Shown: in pieces, positions 1 to 14,965 of the stretch | Layout: every line of letters starts with the position of its first letter | Position numbering within the stretch: the stretch's first letter is position 1 | DNA from: Balanoglossus misakiensis | Lineage: Eukaryota; Animalia; Hemichordata | Assembly: GCA_040954595.2 (NCBI GenBank) | Contig: CM082597.2 | Span: forward strand, 8,835,778-8,899,777 | Length of the DNA: 64,000 nt | Reading direction: 5' to 3' | Notes under the pieces: generated by a model | What the model was told of the DNA's origin: nothing | What the model saw: only the letters and a program-made list of their open reading frames with translations | Database searches by the model: none | Translations under genes and position numbers: made by a program

Positions 1-3000
1 TTTTTTTTTCAAAATTTGTCATTTTTTGATGATTTTCACCCGTTTTTTTTTCAAAAATCGACGAAATTTTGAGATTTTGCAAAGTCGAAAATGTGTCATT
101 TTTTGATGATTTTCACCCGTTTTTTTTTCAAAATTTGTCATTTTTTGATGATTTTCACCCATGCTTTTTTATAAAAAATCGACGAACCTATGATTTTTTT
201 CAAAATCGACGAAATTTTGTGATTTTACAAAGTCGAAAATTTTGTCATTTTTTGATGATTTTCAACCATGATTTTTTTTCAAAAATCGACGAAATTTTGA
301 GATTTTGCAAAGTCGAAAATGTGTCATTTTTTGATGATTTTCACCCGTTTTTTTTTCAAAATTTGTCATTTTTTGATGATTTTTACCCATGATTTTTTTT
401 CAAAAATGGACGAAATTTTGAGATTTTGCAAAGTCGAAAATTTGTTATTTTTTGATGATTTTCACCCATGTCTTTTTTTAAAAATCGACGAAATTTTGAG
501 ATTTTGCAAAGAGGAAAATTTGTCATTTTTTCATGATTTTCCCCCATGATTTTTTTCAAAAATCGACGAAATTTTGAGATTTTGCAAAGTCGAAAATGTG
601 TCATTTTTTGATGATTTTCACCCGTTTTTTTTTCAAAATTTGTCATTTTTTGATGATTTTTACCCATGATTTTTTTTCAAAAATGGACGAAATTTTGAGA
701 TTTTGCAAAGTCGAAAATTTGTTATTTTTTGATGATTTTCACCCATGTCTTTTTTTAAAAATCGAAGAAATTTTGAGATTTTGCAAAGAGGAAAATTTGT
801 CATTTTTTCATGATTTTCCCCCATGATTTTTTTCAAAACTCGACGAAATTTTGAGATTTTGCAAAGATGAAAATTTGTCATTTTTGATGATTTTTACCCA
901 TAATTTTGTTTCAGAAATGGACGAAATTTTGAGATTTTGCAAAGACGAATATTTGTCATTTTTTCATGATTTTCCCCCATGATTTTTTTCAAAAATCGAC
1001 GAAATTTTGAGATTTTGCAAAGTCGACGAAAATGTGTCATTTTTTGATGATTTTCACCCGTTTTTTTTCAAAAATCGACGAAATTTTGAGATTTTGCAAA
1101 ATCGAAAATTTGTCATTTTTTGATGATTTTCCCCCATGATTTTTTTTTAAAAATGGACGAAATTTTGAGATTTTGCAAAGACGAAGATTTGTCATTTTTG
1201 ATGATTTTTACCCATGATTTTTTTTTCAAAAATGGACGAAATTTTGAGATTTTGCAAAGACGAAAAATTTTCATTTTTTGATGATTTTCACCCATGATTT
1301 TTTTTCAAAAATCGACGAAATTTTGAGATTTTGCAAAGTCGTAAATGTGTCATTTTTTGATCATTTTCACCCGTTTTTTTTTCAAAATTTGTCATTTTTT
1401 GATGATTTTCACCCATGATATTTTTCAAAAATCGAAAAAAATTTGAGATTTTGCAAAGTCGAAAATTTGTCATTTTTTGATGATTTTCACCCATGATTTT
1501 CTTCAAAAATCGACGAAATTTTGAGATTTTGCAAAGTCGAAAATTTGTCATTTTTTGATGATTTTCACCTATGATTTTTGTCAAAAATCAACAAAATTTT
1601 GAGATTTTGCAACGTCGAAAATTTGTCATTTTTTTGATGATTTTCACCCATGATTTTTTTCAAAAATCGACGAAATTTTGAGATTTTGCAAAGTCGAAAA
1701 TTTGTCATTTTTTGATGATTTTCACCGATGATTTTTTTCAACAATCGAAAAAATTTTGAGATTTTGCAAAGTCGAAAATGTGTCATTTTTTGATGATTTT
1801 CACCCGTTTTTTTTTCAAAATTTGTCATTTTTTGATGATTTTCACCAATGATATTTTTCAAAAATCGAAAAAATTTTGAGATTTTGCAAAGTCGAAAATT
1901 TGTCATTTTTTGATGATTTTCACCCATGATTTTCTTCAAAAATCGACGAAATTTTGAGATTTTGCAAAGTCGAAAATTTGTCATTTTTTGATGATTTTCA
2001 CCTATGATTTTTTTCAAAAATCAACAAAATTTTGAGATTTTGCTACGTCGAAAATTTGTCATTTTTTTGATGATTTTCACCCATGATTTTTTTCAAAAAT
2101 CGACGAAATTTTGAGATTTTGCAAAGTCGAAAATTTTCTCATTTTTTGATGATTTTCACCGATGATTTTTTTCAACAATCGAAAAAATTTTGAGATTTTG
2201 CAAAGTCGAAAATTTGTCATTTTTTGATGATTTTCACCCATGATTTTCTTCAAAAATCGACGAAATTTTGAGATTTTGCAAAGTCGAAAATTTTGTCATT
2301 TTTTGATGATTTTCAACCATGATTTTTTTCAAAAATCGACGAAAATTTGAGATTTTGCAAAGATGAAAATTTGTCATTTTTGATGATTTTTACCCATAAT
2401 TTTTTTTCAGAAATGGACAAAATTTGAGATTTTGCAAAGACGAAAATTTGTCATTTTTTGATGATTTTCACCCATGATTTTTTTTCAAAAATCGACGAAA
2501 TTTTGAGATTTTGCAAAGTCGAAAATGTGTCATTTTTTGATGATTTTCACCCGTTTTTTTTTCAAAATTTGTCATTTTTTGATGATTTTTACCCATGATT
2601 TTTTTTCAAAAATGGACGAAATTTTGAGATTTTGCAAAGTCGAAAATTTGTTATTTATTGATGATTTTCACCCATGTCTTTTTTTAAAAATCGACGAAAT
2701 TTTGAGATTTTGCAAAGTCGAAAATTTGTCATTTTTTCATGATTTTCCCCCATGATTTTTTTCAAAACTCGACGAAATTTTGAGATTTTGCAAAGATGAA
2801 AATTTGTCATTTTTGATGATTTTTACCCATAATTTTGTTTCAGAAATGGACGACATTTTGAGATTTTGCAAAGACGAATATTTGTCATTTTTTGATGATT
2901 TTCACCCATGATTTTTTTTCAAAAATCGACGAAATTTTGAGATTTTGCATAGTCGAAAATGTGTCATTTTTTGATGATTTTCACCCGTTTTCTTTTCAAA

Positions 3001-6000
3001 ATTTGTCATTTTTTGATGATTTTTACCCATGATTTTTTTCAAAAATCGACGAAAATTTGAGATTTTGCAAAGAGGAAAATTTGTCATTTTTTGATGATTT
3101 TCAACAATGATTTTTTTTCAAAAATCGACGAAATTTTGAGATTTTGCAGTCAAAAATTTGTCATTTTTTGATGATTTTCAACAATTTTTTTAAAAAATCG
3201 ACGAAAATTTGAGATTTTGCAGTAAAAAATTTGTCATTTTTTGATGATTTTCACCCATGATTTTTTCAAAATTGGCAAAATTTTGAGATTTTGCAAAGTC
3301 GAAAATTTGTCATTTTTTGATGATTTTCACCCATGATTTTTTTTCACAAATCGACGAAATTTTGAGTCTTTGCAGTCGAAAATTTGTCATTTTTTGATGA
3401 TTTTCCCCCATGATTTTTTTCAAAAATCAACGAAATTTTGAGATTTTGCAAAGTCGAAAATTTGTCATTTTTAGATGATTTTCACCCGTCTTTTTTCAAA
3501 AAATCGACGAAATTTTGAGATTTTGCAAAGAGGAAAATTTGTCATTTTTTGATAATTTTCAACAATGATTTATTTCAAAAATCGACGAAATTTTGAGATT
3601 TTGCAGTCGAAAATTTGTCATTTTTTGATGATTTTCCCCCATGATTTTTTTCTAAAATCGACGAAATTTTGAGATTTTGCAAAGTTGAAAATTTTTCAAA
3701 AATCGACGAAATTTATAGATTTTGCAAAGAGGAAAATTTGTCATTTTTTGATGATTTTCACCCGTTTTTTTTTCAAAAATCGACGAAATTTTGAGATTTT
3801 GCAGTCGAAAATTTGTCATTTTTTGATGATTTTCACCCATGATTTTTTCAAAATTGACGAAATTTTGAAATTTTGCAGTCGAAAATTTGTCATTTTTTGA
3901 TGATTTTTACCCATGATTTTTTTCAAAAATCGACGAAAATTTGAGATTTTGCAAAGAGGAAAATTTGTCATTTTTTGATGATTTTCAACAATGATTTTTT
4001 TTCAAAAATCGACGAAATTTTGAGATTTTGCAGTCAAAAATTTGTCATTTTTTGATGATTTTCAACAATTTTTTTAAAAAATCGACGAAAATTTGAGATT
4101 TTGCAGTAAAAAATTTGTCATTTTTTGATGATTTTCACCCATGATTTTTTCAAAATTGGCAAAATTTTGAGATTTTGCAAAGTCGAAAATTTGTCATTTT
4201 TTGATGATTTTCACCCATGATTTTTTTTCACAAATCGACGAAATTTTGAGTCTTTGCAGTCGAAAATTTGTCATTTTTTGATGATTTTCCCCCATGATTT
4301 TTTTCAAAAATCAACGAAATTTTGAGATTTTGCAAAGTCGAAAATTTGTCATTTTTAGATGATTTTCACCCGTCTTTTTTCAAAAAATCGACGAAATTTT
4401 GAGATTTTGCAAAGAGGAAAATTTGTCATTTTTTGATAATTTTCAACAATGATTTATTTCAAAAATCGACGAAATTTTGAGATTTTGCAGTCGAAAATTT
4501 GTCATTTTTTGATGATTTTCCCCCATGATTTTTTTCTAAAATCGACGAAATTTTGAGATTTTGCAAAGTTGAAAATTTTTCAAAAATCGACGAAATTTAT
4601 AGATTTTGCAAAGAGGAAAATTTGTCATTTTTTGATGATTTTCACCCGTTTTTTTTTCAAAAATCGACGAAATTTTGAGATTTTGCAGTCGAAAATTTGT
4701 CATTTTTTGATGATTTTCACCCATGATTTTTTCAAAATTGACGAAATTTTGAAATTTTGCAGTCGAAAATTTGTCATTTTTTGATCATTTTCCCCATGAT
4801 TTTTTTCAAAAATCGACGAAATTTTGAGATTTTGCAAAGTCGAAAATTTTGTCATTTTTTGATGATTTTCAACCATGATTTTTTTTCAAAAATCGACGAA
4901 AATTTGAGATTTTGCAAAGACGAAAATTTGTCATTTTTGATGATTTTTACCCATGATTTTTTTTTCAAAAATGGACGAAATTTTGAGATTTTGCAAAGAC
5001 GAAAATTTGTCATTTTTTGATGATTTTCACCCATGATTTTTTTTCAAAAATCGACGAAATTTTGAGATTTTGCAAAGAGGAAAATTTGTCATTTTTTGAT
5101 GATTTTCAACCATGATTTTTTTTCAAAAATCGACGAAATTTTGAGATTTTGCAAAGTCGTAAATGTGTCATTTTTTGATGATTTTCACCCGTTTTTTTTT
5201 CAAAATTTGTCATTTTTTGATGATTTTCACCCATGTTTTTTTTTTACAAAAATCGACGAACCTATGATTTTTTTCAAAATCGACGAAATTTTGTGATTTT
5301 ACAAAGTCGAAAATGTGTCATTTTTTGATGATTTTCACCCGTTTTTTTTTCAAAATTTGTCATTTTTTGATGATTTTCACCCGTTTTTTTTTCAAAAATC
5401 GACGAAATTTTGAGATTTTGCAAAGTCGAAAATGTGTCATTTTTTGATGATTTTCACCCGTTTTTTTTTCAAAATTTGTCATTTTTTGATGATTTTCACC
5501 CATGCTTTTTTATAAAAAATCGACGAACCTATGATTTTTTTCAAAATCGACGAAATTTTGTGATTTTACAAAGTCGAAAATTTTGTCATTTTTTGATGAT
5601 TTTCAACCATGATTTTTTTTCAAAAATCGACGAAAATTTGAGATTTTGCAAAGACGAAAATTTGTCATTTTTTGATGATTTTCACCCATGATTTTTTTTC
5701 AAAAATCGACGAAATTTTGAGATTTTGCAAAGAGGAAAATTTGTCATTTTTTCATGATTTTCCCCCATGATTTTTTTCAAAAATCGACGAAATTTTGAGA
5801 TTTTGCAAAGTCGAAAATTTTGTCATTTTTTGATGATTTTCAACCATGATTTTTTTCAAAAATCGACGAAAATTTGAGATTTTGCAAAGATGAAAATTTG
5901 TCATTTTTTGATGATTTTCACCCATGATTTTTTTTCAAAAATCGACGAAATTTTGAGATTTTGCATAGTCGAAAATGTGTCATTTTTTGATGATTTTCAC

Positions 6001-9000
6001 CCGTTTTCTTTTCAAAATTTGTCATTTTTTGATGATTTTTACCCATGATTTTTTTCAAAAATCGACGAAAATTTGAGATTTTGCAAAGAGGAAAATTTGT
6101 CATTTTTTGATGATTTTCAACAATGATTTTTTTTCAAAAATCGACGAAATTTTGAGATTTTGCAGTCAAAAATTTGTCATTTTTTGATGATTTTCAACAA
6201 TTTTTTTAAAAAATCGACGAAAATTTGAGATTTTGCAGTAAAAAATTTGTCATTTTTTGATGATTTTCACCCATGATTTTTTCAAAATTGGCAAAATTTT
6301 GAGATTTTGCAAAGTCGAAAATTTGTCATTTTTTGATGATTTTCACCCATGATTTTTTTTCACAAATCGACGAAATTTTGAGTCTTTGCAGTCGAAAATT
6401 TGTCATTTTTTGATGATTTTCCCCCATGATTTTTTTCAAAAATCAACGAAATTTTGAGATTTTGCAAAGTCGAAAATTTGTCATTTTTAGATGATTTTCA
6501 CCCGTCTTTTTTCAAAAAATCGACGAAATTTTGAGATTTTGCAAAGAGGAAAATTTGTCATTTTTTGATAATTTTCAACAATGATTTATTTCAAAAATCG
6601 ACGAAATTTTGAGATTTTGCAGTCGAAAATTTGTCATTTTTTGATGATTTTCCCCCATGATTTTTTTCTAAAATCGACGAAATTTTGAGATTTTGCAAAG
6701 TTGAAAATTTTTCAAAAATCGACGAAATTTATAGATTTTGCAAAGAGGAAAATTTGTCATTTTTTGATGATTTTCACCCGTTTTTTTTTCAAAAATCGAC
6801 GAAATTTTGAGATTTTGCAGTCGAAAATTTGTCATTTTTTGATGAATTTCACCCATGATTTTTTCAAAATTGACGAAATTTTGAAATTTTGCAGTCGAAA
6901 ATTTGTCATTTTTTGATCATTTTCCCCATGATTTTTTTCAAAAATCGACGAAATTTTGAGATTTTGCAAAGTCGAAAATTTTGTCATTTTTTGATGATTT
7001 TCAACCATGATTTTTTTTCAAAAATCGACGAAAATTTGAGATTTTGCAAAGACGAAAATTTGTCATTTTTTGATGATTTTCACCCATGATTTTTTTTCAA
7101 AAATCGACGAAATTTTGAGATTTTGCAAAGAGGAAAATTTGTCATTTTTTGATGATTTTCAACCATGATTTTTTTTCAAAAATCGACGAAATTTTGAGAT
7201 TTTGCAAAGTCGTAAATGTGTCATTTTTTGATGATTTTCACCCGTTTTTTTTTCAAAATTTGTCATTTTTTGATGATTTTCACCCATGTTTTTTTTTACA
7301 AAAATCGACGAACCTATGATTTTTTTCAAAATCGACGAAATTTTGTGATTTTACAAAGTCGAAAATGTGTCATTTTTTGATGATTTTCACCCGTTTTTTT
7401 TTCAAAATTTGTCATTTTTTGATGATTTTCACCCGTTTTTTTTTCAAAAATCGACGAAATTTTGAGATTTTGCAAAGTCGAAAATGTGTCATTTTTTGAT
7501 GATTTTCACCCGTTTTTTTTTCAAAATTTGTCATTTTTTGATGATTTTCACCCATGCTTTTTTATAAAAAATCGACGAACCTATGATTTTTTTCAAAATC
7601 GACGAAATTTTGTGATTTTACAAAGTCGAAAATTTTGTCATTTTTTGATGATTTTCAACCATGATTTTTTTTCAAAAATCGACGAAAATTTGAGATTTTG
7701 CAAAGACGAAAATTTGTCATTTTTTGATGATTTTCACCCATGATTTTTTTTCAAAAATCGACGAAATTTTGAGATTTTGCAAAGAGGAAAATTTGTCATT
7801 TTTTCATGATTTTCCCCCATGATTTTTTTCAAAAATCGACGAAATTTTGAGATTTTGCAAAGTCGAAAATTTTGTCATTTTTTGATGATTTTCAACCATG
7901 ATTTTTTTCAAAAATCGACGAAAATTTGAGATTTTGCAAAGATGAAAATTTGTCATTTTTGATGATTTTTACCCATAATTTTTTTTCAGAAATGGACAAA
8001 ATTTGAGATTTTGCAAAGACGAAAATTTGTCATTTTTTGATGATTTTCACCCATGATTTTTTTTCAAAAATCGACGAAATTTTGAGATTTTGCAAAGTCG
8101 AAAATGTGTCATTTTTTGATGATTTTCACCCGTTTTTTTTTCAAAATTTGTCATTTTTTGATGATTTTTACCCATGATTTTTTTTCAAAAATGGACGAAA
8201 TTTTGAGATTTTGCAAAGTCGAAAATTTGTTATTTTTTGATGATTTTCACCCATGTCTTTTTTTAAAAATCGACGAAATTTTGAGATTTTGCAAAGAGGA
8301 AAATTTGTCATTTTTTCATGATTTTCCCCCATGATTTTTTTCAAAACTCGACGAAATTTTGAGATTTTGCAAAGATGAAAATTTGTCATTTTTGATGATT
8401 TTTACCCATAATTTCGTTTCAGAAATGGACGAAATTTTGAGATTTTGCAAAGACGAATATTTGTCATTTTTTCATGATTTTCCCCCATGATTTTTTTCAA
8501 AAATCGACGAAATTTTGAGATTTTGCAAAGTCGACGAAAATGTGTCATTTTTTGATGATTTTCACCCGTTTTTTTTCAAAAATCGACGAAATTTTGAGAT
8601 TTTGCAAAATCGAAAATTTGTCATTTTTTGATGATTTTCCCCCATGATTTTTTTTTAAAAATGGACGAAATTTTGAGATTTTGCAAAGACGAAAATTTGT
8701 CATTTTTGATGATTTTTACCCATGATTTTTTTTTCAAAAATGGACGAAATTTTGAGATTTTGCAAAGACGAAAAATTTTCATTTTTTGATGATTTTCACC
8801 CATGATTTTTTTTCAAAAATCGACGAAATTTTGAGATTTTGCAAAGTCGTAAATGTGTCATTTTTTGATCATTTTCACCCGTTTTTTTTTCAAAATTTGT
8901 CATTTTTTGATGATTTTCACCTATGATTTTTGTCAAAAATCAACAAAATTTTGAGATTTTGCAACGTCGAAAATTTGTCATTTTTTTGATGATTTTCACC

Positions 9001-12000
9001 CATGATTTTTTTCAAAAATCGACGAAATTTTGAGATTTTGCAAAGTCGAAAATTTGTCATTTTTTGATGATTTTCACCGATGATTTTTTTCAACAATCGA
9101 AAAAATTTTGAGATTTTGCAAAGTCGAAAATGTGTCATTTTTTGATGATTTTCACCCGTTTTTTTTTCAAAATTTGTCATTTTTTGATGATTTTCACCAA
9201 TGATATTTTTCAAAAATCGAAAAAATTTTGAGATTTTGCAAAGTCGAAAATTTGTCATTTTTTGATGATTTTCACCCATGATTTTCTTCAAAAATCGACG
9301 AAATTTTGAGATTTTGCAAAGTCGAAAATTTGTCATTTTTGATGATTTTCACCTATGATTTTTTTCAAAAATCAACAAAATTTTGAGATTTTGCTACGTC
9401 GAAAATTTGTCATTTTTTTGATGATTTTCACCCATGATTTTTTTCAAAAATCGACGAAATTTTGAGATTTTGCAAAGTCGAAAATTTTCTCATTTTTTGA
9501 TGATTTTCACCGATGATTTTTTTCAACAATCGAAAAAATTTTGAGATTTTGCAAAGTCGAAAATTTGTCATTTTTTGATGATTTTCACCCATGATTTTCT
9601 TCAAAAATCGACGAAATTTTGAGATTTTGCAAAGTCGAAAATTTTGTCATTTTTTGATGATTTTCAACCATGATTTTTTTCAAAAATCGACGAAAATTTG
9701 AGATTTTGCAAAGATGAAAATTTGTCATTTTTGATGATTTTTACCCATAATTTTTTTTCAGAAATGGACAAAATTTGAGATTTTGCAAAGACGAAAATTT
9801 GTCATTTTTTGATGATTTTCACCCATGATTTTTTTTCAAAAATCGACGAAATTTTGAGATTTTGCAAAGTCGAAAATGTGTCATTTTTTGATGATTTTCA
9901 CCCGTTTTTTTTTCAAAATTTGTCATTTTTTGATGATTTTTACCCATGATTTTTTTTCAAAAATGGACGAAATTTTGAGATTTTGCAAAGTCGAAAATTT
10001 GTTATTTATTGATGATTTTCACCCATGTCTTTTTTTAAAAATCGACGAAATTTTGAGATTTTGCAAAGTCGAAAATTTGTCATTTTTTCATGATTTTCCC
10101 CCATGATTTTTTTCAAAACTCGACGAAATTTTGAGATTTTGCAAAGATGAAAATTTGTCATTTTTGATGATTTTTACCCATAATTTTGTTTCAGAAATGG
10201 ACGAAATTTTGAGATTTTGCAAAGACGAATATTTGTCATTTTTTGATGATTTTCACCCATGATTTTTTTTCAAAAATCGACGAAATTTTGAGATTTTGCA
10301 TAGTCGAAAATGTGTCATTTTTTGATGATTTTCACCCGTTTTCTTTTCAAAATTTGTCATTTTTTGATGATATTTACCTATGATTTTTTTTCAAAAATGG
10401 ACGAAATTTTGAGATTTTGCAAAGTCGGAAATTTGTTATTTTTTGATGATTTTCACCCATGTCTTTTTTTAAAAATCGACGAAATTTTGAGATTTTGCAA
10501 AGAGGAAAATTTGTCATTTTTTCATGATTTTCCCCCATGATTTTTTTCAAAAATCGACGAAATTTTGAGATTTTGCAAAGTCGAAAATTTGTCATTTTTT
10601 GATGATTTTCACCGATGATTTTTTTCAACAATCGAAAAAATTTTGAGATTTTGCAAAGTCGAAAATGTGTCATTTTTTGATGATTTTCACCCGTTTTTTT
10701 TTCAAAATTTGTCATTTTTTGATGATTTTCACCAATGATATTTTTCAAAAATCGAAAAAATTTTGAGATTTTGCAAAGTCGAAAATTTGTCATTTTTTGA
10801 TGATTTTCACCTATAATTTTTTTCAAAAATCAACAAAATTTTGAGATTTTGCAACGTCGAAAATTTGTCATTTTTTTGATGATTTTCACCCATGATTTTT
10901 TTCAAAAATCGACGAAATTTTGAGATTTTGCAAAGTCGAAAATTTTCTCATTTTTTGATGATTTTCACCGATGATTTTTTTCAACAATCGAAAAAATTTT
11001 GAGATTTTGCAAAGTCGAAAATTTGTCATTTTTTGATGATTTTCACCCATGATTTTCTTCAAAAATCGACGAAATTTTGAGATTTTGCAAAGTCGAAAAT
11101 TTGTCATTTTTTGATGATTTTCACCTATGATTTTTTTCAAAAATCAACAAAATTTTGAGATTTTGCAAAGTCGAAAATGTGTCATTTTTTGATGATTTTC
11201 ACCCATGATTTTTTTCAAAAATCGACGAAATTTTAAGATTTTGCAAAGTCGAAAATTTGTCATTTTTTGATGATTTTCACCCATGATTTTTTTCAAAATT
11301 GACGAAATTTTGAGATTTTGCAAAGTCGAAAATTTCTCATTTTTTGATGCATTTTCACCCATGATTTTTTTTCAAAAATCGACGAAATTGTGAGATTTTG
11401 CAAAGTCGAAAATTTGTCATTTTTTGATGATTTTCACCCATGATTTTTATTCAAAATTGACGAAATTTTGAGATTTTGCAAAGTCGAAAATTTGTCATTT
11501 TTTGATGATTTTCCCCCATGTTTTTTTTTTAAAAATGGACGAAATTTTGAGATTTTGCAAAGTCGAAAATTTGTCATTTTTTGATGATTTTCACCGATGA
11601 TTTTTTTCAACAATCGAAAAAATTTTGAGATTTTGCAAAGTCGAAAATGTGTCATTTTTTGATGATTTTCACCCGTTTTTTTTTCAAAATTTGTCATTTT
11701 TTGATGATTTTCACCAATGATATTTTTCAAAAATCGAAAAAATTTTGAGATTTTGCAAAGTCGAAAATTTGTCATTTTTTGATGATTTTCACCTATAATT
11801 TTTTTCAAAAATCAACAAAATTTTGAGATTTTGCAACGTCGAAAATTTGTCATTTTTTTGATGATTTTCACCCATGATTTTTTTCAAAAATCGACGAAAT
11901 TTTGAGATTTTGCAAAGTCGAAAATTTTCTCATTTTTTGATGATTTTCACCGATGATTTTTTTCAACAATCGAAAAAATTTTGAGATTTTGCAAAGTCGA

Positions 12001-13020
12001 AAATTTGTCATTTTTTGATGATTTTCACCCATGATTTTCTTCAAAAATCGACGAAATTTTGAGATTTTGCAAAGTCGAAAATTTGTCATTTTTTGATGAT
12101 TTTCACCTATGATTTTTTTCAAAAATCAACAAAATTTTGAGATTTTGCAAAGTCGAAAATGTGTCATTTTTTGATGATTTTCACCCATGATTTTTTTCAA
12201 AAATCGACGAAATTTTAAGATTTTGCAAAGTCGAAAATTTGTCATTTTTTGATGATTTTCACCCATGATTTTTTTCAAAATTGACGAAATTTTGAGATTT
12301 TGCAAAGTCGAAAATTTCTCATTTTTTGATGCATTTTCACCCATGATTTTTTTTCAAAAATCGACGAAATTGTGAGATTTTGCAAAGTCGAAAATTTGTC
12401 ATTTTTTGATGATTTTCACCCATGATTTTTATTCAAAATTGACGAAATTTTGAGATTTTGCAAAGTCGAAAATTTGTCATTTTTTGATGATTTTCCCCCA
12501 TGTTTTTTTTTTAAAAATGGACGAAATTTTGAGATTTTGCAAAGTCGAAAATTTGTCATTTTTTGATGATTTTTACCCATGTTTTTTTTCAAAAATCTAC
12601 GAAATTTTGAGATTTTGCAAAGTCGAAAATTTGTCATTTTTTGATGATTTTCACCCATGATTTTCTTCAAAAATCGACGAAATTTTGAGATTTTGCAAAG
12701 TCGAAAATTGGTCATTTTTTGATGATTTTCACCTATGATTTTTTTCAAAAATCAACAAAATTTTGAGATTTTGCAAAGTCGAAAATTTGTCATTTTTTTG
12801 ATGATTTTCACCCATGATTTTTTTCAAAAATCGACGAAATTTTGAGATTTTGCAAAGTCGAAAATTTGTCATTTTTTGATGATTTTCACCCATGATTTTT
12901 TTCAAAATTGACGAAATTTTGAGATTTTGCAAAGTCGAAAATTTCTCATTTTTTGATGATTTTCCCCCATGATTTTTTTTCACAAATCGACGAAATTTTG
13001 AGATTTTGCAAAGTCGAAAA
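1..13020. repeat. AT-rich tandem satellite, 78-79 bp monomer with ~40 bp truncated monomers and higher-order repeats
   Basis: Monomer CCCATGATTTTTTTCAAAAATCGACGAAATTTTGAGATTTTGCAAAGTCGAAAATTTGTCATTTTTTGATGATTTTCA recurs continuously (e.g. GTCG at 12778 and 12857). The array ends abruptly at 13020 and runs off the left edge of the window. Confidence 0.98.
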
Positions 13021-14534
13021 CAAGCATCGTCCGATTCGAATTCGACTCGTCATCGGTAGCTTTGTTTATTTCGCCCTTGGAGACCTCCCCTGGCCTCGTT
13101 AGGATGACTGTTACCAGGACTACCTTAAACCAATCTTTTCGAACCGGACGGTACACACGTCATGTCTTTGTTAATTGTCCAGGTACCAGAGTGTACGTGT
13201 GGGCTCCCTAAACCACTCATTGGCGGCCGGTCCCTGTCCGAATAAACACGTTTGACAGACAAAAAATGATGAACAAGTGGCTTATTTCAATACTTCGTTA
13301 ACTAGACGGCTGAACTCTGAATGTTGATTCAGCAAAAAAAATGTGTTTACGGCAAGGTTTCGATCAATACGACACATTTACGCCCAAAGTAAGTGGGGGC
13401 GTTTGACCATCAATCAAAACCACGCCCAGGTGCATGTGAACGGCCGAAGCAGTGTAACGTTTCACATTCCGTGCAACGTCCGACACTGTGTGAAAGCGGT
13501 TGCTGTCGGGTGGCTTGACCTAATTTTCGTACATTGATATGCATTTGACACCTCACTACCTGTTTTCTCAATATTGCTAAAACTTTGCGTTGAAATATCA
13601 CTGAAATGTTGATGATCCACGCACAAGTCGTCTACCCCGGCATGAAAAGCGTCTTATACAAGAAAACTAATTGCACATGACCACCAAGGTCATACCGCAA
13701 GGTGTGTCTAAATGTCAAGGAAGGACACTTGGGTCAAGAACGACCATGACGGAGGAAAAACCGACAAGTCATTGTGTAACCTGTTTACTTGCCAATAGTC
13801 AAACGTCAAAATTTACTCTCAACTTGGTTGCAGATCGAGTCTCCCGAATTTCCAACTTTTATGATTGGGTAAATACCGATATGCGACTGGTATGCGACGC
13901 GTTGACGACGCGAAGATTTTGTTGAAATCAAATGGTTTGTCAAATGTCATCTCACACTGGAGATACCGTGGTCATCTGACATGAAAGGGTTCGATTGGGT
14001 CTGACCGCCGTCGTTCATCCATGCTTAGAAAGCGGCGATCATGGTACAAAGTAAAACCAAGGTCAAACCTTACTGAACACATGTATTGCATGGGGAAACT
14101 TTTCTCCCTGTCTGTGTACTGAACACGTACCGTGATTGCCATAGTTACAAACGTTACCACGTGAGAGAGATTGCATTTTACATCTGTCTTTTCAATTTTG
14201 TTGCTTTCTTACTATTCGGAATGATGGAGTCGAAACGAAAACTTTTTGCTTCAGGTGGACCTAGGGGAAATACCTTATTTGTGACTTTTTTCATGACCCT
14301 AAAAAGACGTCGGAATTAATGTGGCTGAGGTCACTCAGGACGACGGAATGGTTGAGCGATTTTATTTTATGAGCTCCCACTAGTATTTGTTTTATTGTTT
14401 CGGCAGTGTGCCGCGTTATTCGAGCAATCTGCAGTCTGAAAACGAACGGTTTTCAAAGTTTATAACAGAAGAACAGGGGTTTAAGCATGAAAGGTCCTTT
14501 TGTCTCCCTCGCTGTGTTTGTGTCACTGTGTCTT

Positions 14535-14735
14535 TGACGTCTGACTGACTGATTAACTGGCTGACTGACTTACTGACTGTCTGTCAACGTCTGTCTGTCT
14601 GACTGTCTGCCCCCTCTCTCTGAGAGAGAGAGTGAGCGAGCGAGCGAGCGACCGGTGAGTGTCTCTACTGATGAATGTTGCTCTGTCTGTCTGCTTGTGT
14701 CTGTCTGCCACTCTGCCTGTTTCACTCTGTCTCTC
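14535..14735. repeat. Compound microsatellite (GACT/CTGT/GA/GAGC repeats)
   Basis: ctgactgactga, ctgtctgtct, gagagagag, gagcgagcgagcga are read directly. Confidence 0.85.
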
Positions 14736-14957
14736 CTAATTTCTTTAAAATTAGGGATATGCTATTAATGCGATATGAAAGTCAGACACGACGGAAACCT
14801 TTTATTCTCAAAACTGTCTGTTAAATATTGCAAAAGGTTAAGGGCCCTTTTCGCACGAGACACATGGCTTTGCAGCCGTAGCTCCCAATGTCATAACGAT
14901 TACCCGAACTACCCTAATTTTAGCCCGCCGACCCAAAACAGTTTAGATCTTCGCAAA

Positions 14958-14965
14958 CCGGAAGT
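14958..14965 (+). promoter_or_regulatory. ETS-type motif CCGGAAGT in a relatively CpG-rich stretch
   Basis: Exact match to the metazoan ETS consensus. No linked transcript is identified, so it may be chance or element-borne. Confidence 0.2.

Noticed and set aside
38-66. CENP-B box-like TTCG...CGGG on the minus strand of the satellite
   Set aside because: Spacing between TTCG and CGGG is far longer than in the 17 bp box.
69-12983. Dozens of F/K-rich ORFs on both strands
   Set aside because: They are translations of the 79 bp satellite; frames break at homopolymer length changes.
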